Origin: an uncultured Alphaproteobacteria bacterium
GTDB lineage: Bacteria; Pseudomonadota; Alphaproteobacteria; Sphingomonadales; Sphingomonadaceae
Length of the DNA stretch: 64,000 nt
NCBI GenBank assembly: GCA_963830685.1
Contig: CAWHNF010000002.1
Location: 446,777 to 510,776, forward strand
Direction: 5' to 3'
Below are positions 53,266 through 61,758 of this stretch, piece by piece. The notes below the pieces were generated by a model, which worked only from the letters and a program-made list of their open reading frames with translations, made no database searches and was not told the origin of the DNA. The position numbers were made by a program, and so were the translations under genes. Position 1 is the stretch's first letter. Every line of letters starts with the position of its first letter.

Positions 53266-53428
53266 CTGTTGTTCAAACGTGCCGAAGCTATCAGTTCAAC
53301 GATGCGACCCTTGTTATCGTTCCATTATGCTGCATATGCGAGATAAGGCAAGTGCGGGAAAAAACCTGCCTTGAAATTCGGCCCAAAGCGAGCCACTTTC
53401 ATCCCGAACGCGACCTCTTGCGCTTTTA

Positions 53429-53443
53429 GAACAAATCTGGAAC
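53429..53443 (+). promoter_or_regulatory. Alphaproteobacterial LexA (SOS) box
   Basis: GAAC-aaatctg-GAAC (GAAC-N7-GAAC), 11 bp upstream of the uvrA ATG. Confidence 0.85.
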
Positions 53444-53454
53444 AAGCCGAATCT

Positions 53455-56400
53455 ATGTCACTCACCCACATAAAGGTGCGCGGTGCGCGCGAGCATAATC
53501 TCAAGGGCGTCGATATCGACCTGCCGCGCGACAAATTGATCGTGATTACCGGGCTGTCGGGGTCGGGAAAATCGAGTCTCGCGTTCGATACCATCTACGC
53601 AGAAGGCCAGCGGCGATATGTCGAGTCGCTGTCGGCCTATGCGCGGCAGTTCCTTGAGATGATGCAGAAGCCCGATGTCGAGCATATCGAGGGGCTCAGC
53701 CCTGCAATCTCCATCGAGCAGAAGACCACGTCTCGCAACCCGCGCTCGACCGTGGCGACCGTTACCGAGATTTACGACTATATGCGCCTGCTCTGGGCGC
53801 GCGTTGGCATCCCGTATTCGCCCGCGACCGGCCTGCCGATCACCGCGCAGACTGTCAGCCAGATGGTCGACCGCGTCATGGCGTTGCCCGAAGGCACCCG
53901 CGCCTTCCTGCTTGCACCGGTGGTGCAGGGCCGCAAGGGCGAATATCGCAAGGAACTCGCCGAATGGCAGCGCTCGGGCTACACCCGCGTGCGCATCGAC
54001 GGCGAATTCTACCCCATCGAAGAAGCGCCTGCGCTCGACAAGAAATATAAGCATGACATCGAGGTTGTGGTCGATCGAATCGTCGTGAAGGACGGCATCC
54101 AGCAGCGACTGGCCGAAAGTTTCGAGGCGGCGTTGAAGCTGGCCGATGGCCTGGCCTTCGTCGACCTCGCCGACACCACTGTGGCCGAACTGGTGCCCAG
54201 TGCATTTGGCGAGGCCCGCGCGGCGTTTGTTGCACAAAACACCGTTCGTCCTGAGCCTGTCGAAGGACAGGAGGCGCAGCGCGACGGTGCTTCGACAAGC
54301 TCAGCACGAACGGGAGGTATGAAGAAGACGGGGCCTACCGGCTAACCGCATCGTCTTCTCCGAAAAATTCGCCTGCCCGGTCAGCGGCTTCACCATCGCC
54401 GAAATCGCGCCGCGTCTGTTCTCGTTCAACGCCCCGCAAGGCGCGTGCCCCGATTGCGACGGACTTGGCGAGCGGCAGGAGTTCGACCCGCAGCTTGTCG
54501 TCCCCAACGAACATCTGTCCCTCAAAAAAGGCGCGGTCGTGCCGTGGGCGAAATCGAACCCGCCCAGCCCATATTATATGCAAGTGCTGTCCAGCCTCGC
54601 CAAGGCATACGACTTCAACCTCGACACCCCGTGGGAGGACCTGCTCCCCGACCAGAAGCTCATCATCCTCCACGGCACCGGCGGGCTTCCGGTCGAGCTG
54701 ACCTTCAAGGACGGGCGCAAGGAATATACGGTGCGCAAGGCGTTCGAGGGCGTCATCGGCAACCTCAACCGCCGCCTGCTGCAAACCGACAGCGCGTGGA
54801 TGCGCGAGGAGCTGTCGAAATACCAGACCTCGCAACCGTGCGAAACCTGCCACGGCGCGCGCCTCAAACCCGAAGCGCTTAGCGTCAAGATCGCTGGCGT
54901 CGACATCGCCACCCCCACCAAAATGAGCGTCGGCGATGCGCTTGTCTGGTTCGGCAATGTCGACCAGACACTGACCAACCAGCAACAGCAGATTGCCAAG
55001 GCCATCCTCAAGGAAATCAACGAACGGCTTGGGCTTCCTCAACAATGTCGGGCTCGATTATCTCAACCTTGACCGGACGTCAGGGACATTGTCCGGCGGC
55101 GAAAGCCAGCGGATCCGCCTCGCCAGCCAAATCGGCTCCGGCCTGTCGGGCGTGCTGTATGTCCTCGACGAACCCAGCATCGGCTTGCACCAGAAGGACA
55201 ATGACCGCCTGCTCGCGACGCTGCGCCGCCTGCGCGACCTCGGCAACACCGTCATCGTCGTCGAGCATGACGAGGACGCGATCCGCACCGCCGACTGGGT
55301 GGTCGACCTCGGCCCCGGCGCGGGCGTCCACGGCGGTACCGTCATGGCCGAAGGCACGCTCAAGCAGATCCTGAAAGCCAAGGGCAGCCTGACCGCCGAT
55401 TATCTCGAACGGCACCCGCGAAATCGCGGTCCCCAAGACTCGGCGCAAGGGCAACAAGAAGAAGCTCACCGTCCACAACGCGCGCGCCAACAACCTGAAA
55501 AACGTCACCGCGAGCATCCCGCTCGGCACCTTCTGCTGCATCACCGGCGTGTCGGGTTCGGGCAAGTCGAGCTTCACCATCGACACGCTCTACGCCTCGG
55601 CGGCGCGGCAACTGAACGGCGCGCGAGTCATCGCGGGCGCGCATGACAAGATCACCGGCCTCGAACATTGCGACAAGGTGATCGACATCGACCAGTCGCC
55701 CATCGGCCGCACGCCGCGGTCGAACCCGGCGACCTATACCGGCGCGTTCACCAACATCCGCGACTGGTTCGCGCAGCTACCCGAAAGCGCGGCGCGCGGG
55801 TACAAGCCGGGGCGTTTCTCGTTCAACGTCAAGGGCGGCCGGTGCGAAACATGCAGCGGCGACGGCCTGATCAAGATCGAAATGCACTTCCTGCCCGACG
55901 TCTATGTGACGTGCGAGGAATGCAACGGCAAACGCTACAACCGCGAAACTTTGGAGGTCAAATGGAAGGGCCTCTCAATCGCCGACGTGCTCGACATGAC
56001 GGTCGAGGACGCGGTCGAGGTGTTCAAGGCCGTCCCCCCGATCCGCGACAAGATGGCGATGCTGGCCGAGGTCGGGCTTGGCTATGTCAAGGTCGGGCAG
56101 CAGGCAACGACATTGTCAGGCGGCGAAGCGCAACGAGTCAAACTCGCCAAGGAACTCAGCCGCCGCAGCACCGGCCAGACGCTCTACATATTGGACGAGC
56201 CCACCACCGGGCTGCATTTCGAGGATGTCCGCAAACTCCTCGAAGTCCTCCACCGCCTGGTCGAACAGGGCAACAGCGTGGTGGTGATCGAGCATAATCT
56301 CGACGTCATCAAGACCGCGGACTGGGTGATCGACCTCGGGCCGGAAGGCGGCGTGAAGGGCGGGGAGATTGTCGCGGAGGGGACTCCGGAGCAGGTGGCG

Positions 56401-56460
56401 AAGGAGCCGAAGTCATATACCGGGCATTATTTGGCACCGATGCTGGCGAAGGCGAAGTAA
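53455..56460 (+). pseudogene. uvrA: Excinuclease ABC subunit A, broken by three +1 frameshifts (possibly sequencing errors)
   Basis: [20 protein letters not shown] zinc fingers, [31 protein letters not shown]-type motifs; extra base at about 54331, 55031 and 55407. Confidence 0.95.
54242..54313. repeat. Palindromic repeat element inserted in frame in uvrA
   Basis: ccgttcgtcctgagcctgtcgaag ... cttcgacaagctcagcacgaacgg, a 24-bp inverted repeat with 2 mismatches. Confidence 0.85.
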
Positions 56461-56466
56461 CACCAA

Positions 56467-56627
56467 CCCTCTCTCCTTCAGGGGAGAGGATACGAAGCCT
56501 TAGCGCTTGCGCTTAGGCGAAGTTGGAGAGGGGCTTGGACAGTTAGGTTGCGCGCCACCTCCCCCTCTCCGCTGCGACTAAGCAGCAAGCTGCTAAGTCT
56601 CGCACCTCTCCCCTAAAGGAGAGAGGG
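56467..56627. repeat. MITE/REP-like element with 23-bp terminal inverted repeats
   Basis: ccctctctccttcaggggagagg ... cctctcccctaaaggagagaggg (1 mismatch); each end is itself a hairpin; internal hairpins present. Confidence 0.85.
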
Positions 56628-56677
56628 AAAAGCAAAGAAGGAAGGAACCAGAAATGCCAACCTTGACTTTCCTGACT

Positions 56678-56691
56678 TATGTAGTTACATA
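56678..56691. promoter_or_regulatory. Putative brnTA operator overlapping the -10 region
   Basis: tatgta-gt-tacata palindrome downstream of TTGACT (-35 at 56663); brnT ATG follows at 56697. Confidence 0.55.
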
Positions 56692-56696
56692 TTGAA

Positions 56697-56963
56697 ATGA
56701 AGATCGAGTTCGACCCCGCCAAACGTGAAGCAACGTTACTGGATCGTGGCCTCGATTTTCTGGATGCCCCGCGTGTCTTTGACAATGTGACGCAAAGTGC
56801 GGTTGATAGCCGGATTGCATATGGTGAAACGAGATGGATCACCTACGGCAAGCTAGATGACCGCTTTGTTGTTCTGGTTCACACGATGCGCGGCGATACT
56901 ATGCGGATTATTTCGATGCGCCATGCGCACCAAGAGGAAATCGACGATGCCGGATTCGGATGA
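56697..56963 (+). CDS. brnT: BrnT family toxin
   Basis: IEFDPAK...RGLDF, YGETRW, RIIS.R.A..EE. Confidence 0.93.
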   Translation: MKIEFDPAKREATLLDRGLDFLDAPRVFDNVTQSAVDSRIAYGETRWITYGKLDDRFVVLVHTMRGDTMRIISMRHAHQEEIDDAGFG

Positions 56964-57222
56964 ATATGACGAAGCCCCAATGCTCACCAAGGAATGGTTC
57001 GACCACGCCGAAATCCGTATCGGCAACAAGGTCATCCGTCCCGCAACCGGAGTCCTGACCAAAGACGGCATCCGCCCCATCGGCCGCCCGCCCATCGGCG
57101 ACGCGCCAAAGAAGCAGGTGACATTGCGCCTCGACGCCGACCTAATCGACCGCTTCCGCGCGACCGGCAAAGGCTGGCAGTCGCGGATTAATGAAGCGCT
57201 GCGCAAGGCGGCGGGGATTTAG
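56947..57222 (+). CDS. brnA: BrnA family antitoxin
   Basis: GRPP...PKKQVTLRLDADLIDRFRATGKGWQSRINEALR; overlaps the brnT stop. Confidence 0.93.
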   Translation: MPDSDEYDEAPMLTKEWFDHAEIRIGNKVIRPATGVLTKDGIRPIGRPPIGDAPKKQVTLRLDADLIDRFRATGKGWQSRINEALRKAAGI

Positions 57223-57379
57223 GGGTTCTCTGACCTGTCACCGTAGCTCCAGAAATTATCTTTTGACCATGCTCAAATAGGCGATTAAGTTTCGCGGAAC
57301 ATATTAAAGCTCTATGCACTTTCGCTCAATTTTTATTAACTTAATATTTTCAGAGTGAATTGGAAATGGAATTCAAATC

Positions 57380-58201
57380 TTGTCTATTTCAGTAGAAAAA
57401 TTGATGGAAGAAATCAATAAGGCAGGATTTGATTCAGAGCTCAAAGTCGAACACGCTTTGGCTAGCCAAAAATGGAGCATCGACCAAAATGTTTATTACT
57501 ATGATAAAGATGAGGGAAAAGGAAGAGAAATAGATATCGTTGCGACCCTTGTGAGTTACGATAAGCACGAGTCACAACCTTATGTATCTTGTCGAATTTA
57601 TTTATGCATAGAAATTAAAAAAACCGCTGATCCATTTATATTTTTTTCGAGCAAGCACAGGAAGTTTGAAAGAGGAGCCGGATTTTCCACTTTGAATTGG
57701 TTAAATAATATTGATAATAGAATACTGAAGTATGACCAGATTGAAAACAAGAGACCGATGAGCGCGCCAAGCTATCTAGCGCGCTCCTATATGGCTTTGA
57801 AAGATGGGAAAACTCAGCAAATACGTGCTGGTGTTTTGTCGGCCGTGAAGGGTGCCATTCACTTTCGTGAAGAATGTAACGAGGGCTACGACGATCATTC
57901 AAAGGACATCTGCTTTTTTATGCCTATTTTGGTTGTTGATGGCGAAATATACCAATGCAACCATGAGGAAGCCGGAAACAAGCTACAAGTACAGGCCACA
58001 AACGAGCTGGTGTATGTTCAAAATTATTTATCAGAACAATACGGAAAAATCAGCTCTCGGGTTTATGTATACACACTTGATAGGTTTATTGATGCCGTAT
58101 CTCAGTTTGATGAGTGGGCGACCGATATTCGAATAGCGCTGATGGCAAATCGCGAAAAAATACCAAAAGAAAAACTGAAGAATTTATTTCCGAAATTATG
58201 A
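57380..58201 (+). CDS. AT-rich hypothetical protein, putative PD-(D/E)xK nuclease
   Basis: E (GFDSE) ... REIDIVA ... IEIKK catalytic-like spacing. Confidence 0.65.
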   Translation: MSISVEKLMEEINKAGFDSELKVEHALASQKWSIDQNVYYYDKDEGKGREIDIVATLVSYDKHESQPYVSCRIYLCIEIKKTADPFIFFSSKHRKFERGAGFSTLNWLNNIDNRILKYDQIENKRPMSAPSYLARSYMALKDGKTQQIRAGVLSAVKGAIHFREECNEGYDDHSKDICFFMPILVVDGEIYQCNHEEAGNKLQVQATNELVYVQNYLSEQYGKISSRVYVYTLDRFIDAVSQFDEWATDIRIALMANREKIPKEKLKNLFPKL

Positions 58202-58250
58202 TCTGGCACCAAAGTGAATTTGATCAAAATGACCTAACTGGAAAATGCCT

Positions 58251-58877
58251 TTAATTAACGGAGTCGACTGAATGTCCTACTCCAAAATTTATTCCAGTTG
58301 TATCCACATCGATTCCAGGCGAGTTATTTCGGAAGCTCGCATATGCGTTATCTCGATTTTTGCTCAGACGGGTACAAAAAATAAACACGGCAAATGCCGA
58401 AATATAAGGCAACGTGCGAACGGGATCAAAAGTTGAATCCTGAGCGCAGAAACCTTGCCAAACGCGCGTCGAAAAGTGAAATGCTAGTACTAGAATTGCT
58501 AGCGATACTCCAAGCGCCGCTTGAATCCGGATGTGTGTTATCATCTTGTTTTTTACCGAACGATGGTCGCCCCAATAAAAATGGATTTCTTTTAAATCTG
58601 AATTTTTTAGGAACTGCCGTTCTATATTGGCGATAATAACAAGGTTACGATTGTACCAATAACCAGCATCCAGCATGTGTGCGTATAACCACCCACACAA
58701 AAGAACAATCAGAGCAATCGCCACGTCTGCTGGCACTACACCTTTTTCGCTAAGAGCCAGCAATGCGAACGCTCCGACTACTACGCTGACCGACTGCCAA
58801 ATGACAGTCAGATGACGATTTATGTCGCCAAACATTTGCTTGTAAATTTCTATCAGAAAAGTCCGGCGATCATCCAT
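58251..58877 (-). CDS. AT-rich 4-TM membrane protein, possible pore-forming effector
   Basis: ATG at 58877, 11 bp after the upstream stop; four hydrophobic segments; IEIYKQM...W...WY.R....IE pattern. Confidence 0.7.
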   Translation of the reverse strand: MDDRRTFLIEIYKQMFGDINRHLTVIWQSVSVVVGAFALLALSEKGVVPADVAIALIVLLCGWLYAHMLDAGYWYNRNLVIIANIERQFLKNSDLKEIHFYWGDHRSVKNKMITHIRIQAALGVSLAILVLAFHFSTRVWQGFCAQDSTFDPVRTLPYISAFAVFIFCTRLSKNRDNAYASFRNNSPGIDVDTTGINFGVGHSVDSVN

Positions 58878-58888
58878 ACCACGATGTC

Positions 58889-59524
58889 CTATTGATCCAT
58901 CCACAACTCATTAACTCGCCTGAACGACTCTCGAAGACATGTTTCATATCCTCCGACAGGGTGAGGTCGGAAGCGATCTCCAATAAATACATCTCCAAAT
59001 TTTGCATCAAGCGTTATTCGATTTCCGTCTAAGCTAACAACGTTCATTTTCTCCGCTAATTGCCTTTGAACATCGGGCCTGCCGCCAAGCAGATGTACGG
59101 GACCAGTAAACTTCTCAACGGGAATTTCGGTACCTCCGTATTTGGTCGGAATGCTATACCCTAATCTGAACATAATAGGAACACCTAAACGTGCTTCTGA
59201 TTCTAACGCACGATCTTTCGGAACGATTATTATTTTATTGGCGTGTTGATTAAGAAGTTCAGCTTCACGAACGATTGAATCAAGATCGTTCGAGCAGATA
59301 ACATCGCGAGCTACGGTTAAAGCTGGCCGGTGAATCCGCACTGCATGGAGATGGCGTTCGAAATCGTAATTCTTCCAATCAATATCGATGAAATACACTT
59401 CATTCAGGTGTTTGATGTCGCGTAAATTTGTGTAGCGAGCGCCAGCCATCCAACCGAACTGCCGAGCAATATCCTGAACAAACCTGCTATGAGAAACGAT
59501 ACGAATAGGAACGTGATTTGCCAT
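58889..59524 (-). CDS. TGT-like TIM-barrel protein (DUF6610-like)
   Basis: GARY, FIDIDWKNYDF, TVARD, IIVPK, LGYSIPTKYG, VHLLGG, SLDGN; ATG at 59524. Confidence 0.65.
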   Translation of the reverse strand: MANHVPIRIVSHSRFVQDIARQFGWMAGARYTNLRDIKHLNEVYFIDIDWKNYDFERHLHAVRIHRPALTVARDVICSNDLDSIVREAELLNQHANKIIIVPKDRALESEARLGVPIMFRLGYSIPTKYGGTEIPVEKFTGPVHLLGGRPDVQRQLAEKMNVVSLDGNRITLDAKFGDVFIGDRFRPHPVGGYETCLRESFRRVNELWMDQ

Positions 59525-59694
59525 GCTCAGCGTGTCTGCATTGAAATACTGACACGTGCAACAACGGTGGGTCACAAATGCGAAATATGCCATATTCAGA
59601 ATGAACCGACTCCTCCCTACTCCCCCATCCATCCCCCGTTCATCCGGACTATGCTCTCCTCACCCCGGTCGCAGGAAAAGGGAGGAGTTTCCTT

Positions 59695-60258
59695 ATGACT
59701 ATCCACGCATATAAAAATGCCGCTGTGTCGGCGCTTGCCCTACTCGCCGGCGCCGCTCCGGCGTTCGCGGCGGGTGACTATCATATCAAATTCGGCGGGG
59801 TCGATGGCGACACCGAGGGGAAGGACGACGGCAAGCATAAAGACTGGATCCTCATCGAGTTGGTCCAGCTCGGCGCCGAGCGCAGCGCTGGCGGCGTTCA
59901 TGTCGCGGCGGGCGATATCAACGGCGACGGCGCGACCGATGCCCGGCCGCACACCTACAAGCCGATCACTATCCGCAAAGAGGTCGACAAGTCGAAACCT
60001 GCGCCTGCCGCCGACAAAAAGATCGCCGCGCCCGACGACGAGCAGACCGCCGCCCTCCTGCTCCCCGCCGTGCAAAAAGTCCGCGAGGCCGCGATGCGGA
60101 TGCCTGCCTGGACCGGCTGCGCCGCCGGACAGAAGATCGAGGGCATGACGATCAAGCAGGTCTCCACTGGCCGCACGGGCCGCATCCTCGACCCCGTGGT
60201 GGCCACCTGCGCCGCGGAATCGGTGAGCTTCAACTTCACCAAGATCGAGTGGAAATAG
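59695..60258 (+). CDS. Secreted orphan Hcp-like (T6SS tube fold) protein
   Basis: Signal peptide to AFA; IKFGGVDGD...KHKDWI, KPITIRKEVDKS and ESVSFNFTKIEW match the Hcp pattern. Confidence 0.7.
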   Translation: MTIHAYKNAAVSALALLAGAAPAFAAGDYHIKFGGVDGDTEGKDDGKHKDWILIELVQLGAERSAGGVHVAAGDINGDGATDARPHTYKPITIRKEVDKSKPAPAADKKIAAPDDEQTAALLLPAVQKVREAAMRMPAWTGCAAGQKIEGMTIKQVSTGRTGRILDPVVATCAAESVSFNFTKIEWK

Positions 60259-60305
60259 GAAGCTGTCGGCGCCAAGTCGCTGCGCGGCCTGATTATACTC
60301 TACGT

Positions 60306-60476
60306 TTGTCACCCCCGGCTTGATCGGGGGTCCATGGTCTGCGGTCGCTTCTCTGGCACGAGGTTGCTTGGGGCGGAGAGCTCAGACCATGGATCAGCAG
60401 CGTAGGGTCGTCCCCCCCGGACGACCCTTGGACACGTGGGGTGCGTCCAACCGCTGCTTTTTCACGGGGATGACAA
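60306..60476. repeat. REP/REPIN-like composite palindromic element
   Basis: Ends ttgtcacccccgg ... cggggatgacaa; REP-like gtcacccccggcttgatcgggggtccat; inner IR tccatggtctg/cagaccatgga; three-way hairpin at 60396-60458. Confidence 0.75.
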
Positions 60477-60576
60477 GGTAAAAAGAGCTTTGCAAATCGT
60501 AACCCGACAAACCAAAAACCAAATTGCAAAATAACCATATAGGTGATATATAATCCGTTTTCGAAAGGACCGAAAA

Positions 60577-61656
60577 ATGGACAGTTCATCTCAACACCCT
60601 CACTCACCCACCTCCCCGCTGCGCGACGACACCGGCGCGAGGCTGCCTGCTGCCGCCTATTTGCGCTACGAACAGCGCGCCGATGGCTGGAGCGCGGGGC
60701 GGCAGGCGGCGTTCCTTGCGCATCTCGCCGACAATGGTGTGGTCGAGGATGCCGCGCGCGCCGTTGGCATGTCGGTGGGCGGAGGCTATGCCCTGCGGCG
60801 CACCGCGCGCGGCTATGCGTTCAATCTCGGCTGGGAAGCGGCGCTGATCATCGCGCGGCGGATCGTGGCCGACAATCTGATGACTGCGGCGATCCGGGGC
60901 GAACAATCGCGCTGGGTGCGCGAAGAGGGCGTGACCACCTACACGCGGCAGAATACGAAGCTGTCGCTCAGCCTGCTCGACCGCGTCAATCCGGCGACCG
61001 CGTTGCCCGAAATCCTCGCGGTCGCTACGCGGTTCGACTGTTTCCTGGAAATGATCGACGATGGCCTAAGCGCAGCCGAGATGTGGGAGTATTTCTTTGA
61101 GGATGCGCTGCCCTACAGCGAAATCACGGCCCGCGAGAGGGTGAGGGGTGCGCTTCTACTTACTGAGGATTCCGCCATTTTTGAGGGCGATTGCGATGAA
61201 GGCGACACCCGCGACGATGACGAGCCCGCGGAACCGCCCATCGAGTATAAGTCGATGGATGGCGCGCCCGCTTCCTATCCGTCCTTTGCTCCCTATATAG
61301 ATGCGAAACTTATTCAGGAGCCCTCGACTATGCGTACAGCCGTTCTTGCCCTTGCCCCGCTCTCGCTCTTCGCGCTGGCCGCCTGCGGCGAAGGCGGGGC
61401 TATCGACGCCAACCTCAAATCCACCATCCGCCAGTCGATCGTCGCCAGCTGCACCGCGACCGCGGTAGCGCAGATCCCCGAGGGCGTTTCGGTCGATGTC
61501 AGCAAGGTCTGCGATTGTGCCGCCGACAAGGTCATGGCCGACCACAGCGTTCAGGACCTCGTCGCCAACCCGCCCTCGCCCGCCGAGGCGCTCGACAAGG
61601 TAAAGGCCTGCGTCAGCGAAATCGGCCCAGTGACCATCGCGCCACCTGCGGAATAA
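60577..61656 (+). CDS. Sphingomonad HTH-like hypothetical protein reading in frame into a lipoprotein gene
   Basis: DGWSAGRQAAFL.HLA..G.V..AA.AVGMS...YALRR motif; no stop before the internal ATG at 61330. Confidence 0.7.
   Translation: MDSSSQHPHSPTSPLRDDTGARLPAAAYLRYEQRADGWSAGRQAAFLAHLADNGVVEDAARAVGMSVGGGYALRRTARGYAFNLGWEAALIIARRIVADNLMTAAIRGEQSRWVREEGVTTYTRQNTKLSLSLLDRVNPATALPEILAVATRFDCFLEMIDDGLSAAEMWEYFFEDALPYSEITARERVRGALLLTEDSAIFEGDCDEGDTRDDDEPAEPPIEYKSMDGAPASYPSFAPYIDAKLIQEPSTMRTAVLALAPLSLFALAACGEGGAIDANLKSTIRQSIVASCTATAVAQIPEGVSVDVSKVCDCAADKVMADHSVQDLVANPPSPAEALDKVKACVSEIGPVTIAPPAE
61330..61656 (+). CDS. Small Cys-containing lipoprotein (internal start)
   Basis: CAGGAG RBS, ATG, lipobox LAAC; SC...CDC...C pattern. 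Confidence 0.75.
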   Translation: MRTAVLALAPLSLFALAACGEGGAIDANLKSTIRQSIVASCTATAVAQIPEGVSVDVSKVCDCAADKVMADHSVQDLVANPPSPAEALDKVKACVSEIGPVTIAPPAE

Positions 61657-61758
61657 AACACGGCGACTGACAATGTGACATGCGGTGTGTAGATGGGCTT
61701 TGTCATGTGGGCGTCATGTTGATCTGCAACGCGCTCGGCACCGAATTTGGAGAGTGAA

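Noticed and set aside
54300-55560. Programmed ribosomal frameshifting in uvrA
   Set aside because: No slippery heptamers or stimulatory structures. Three independent +1 events in a core gene are better explained by error or mutation.
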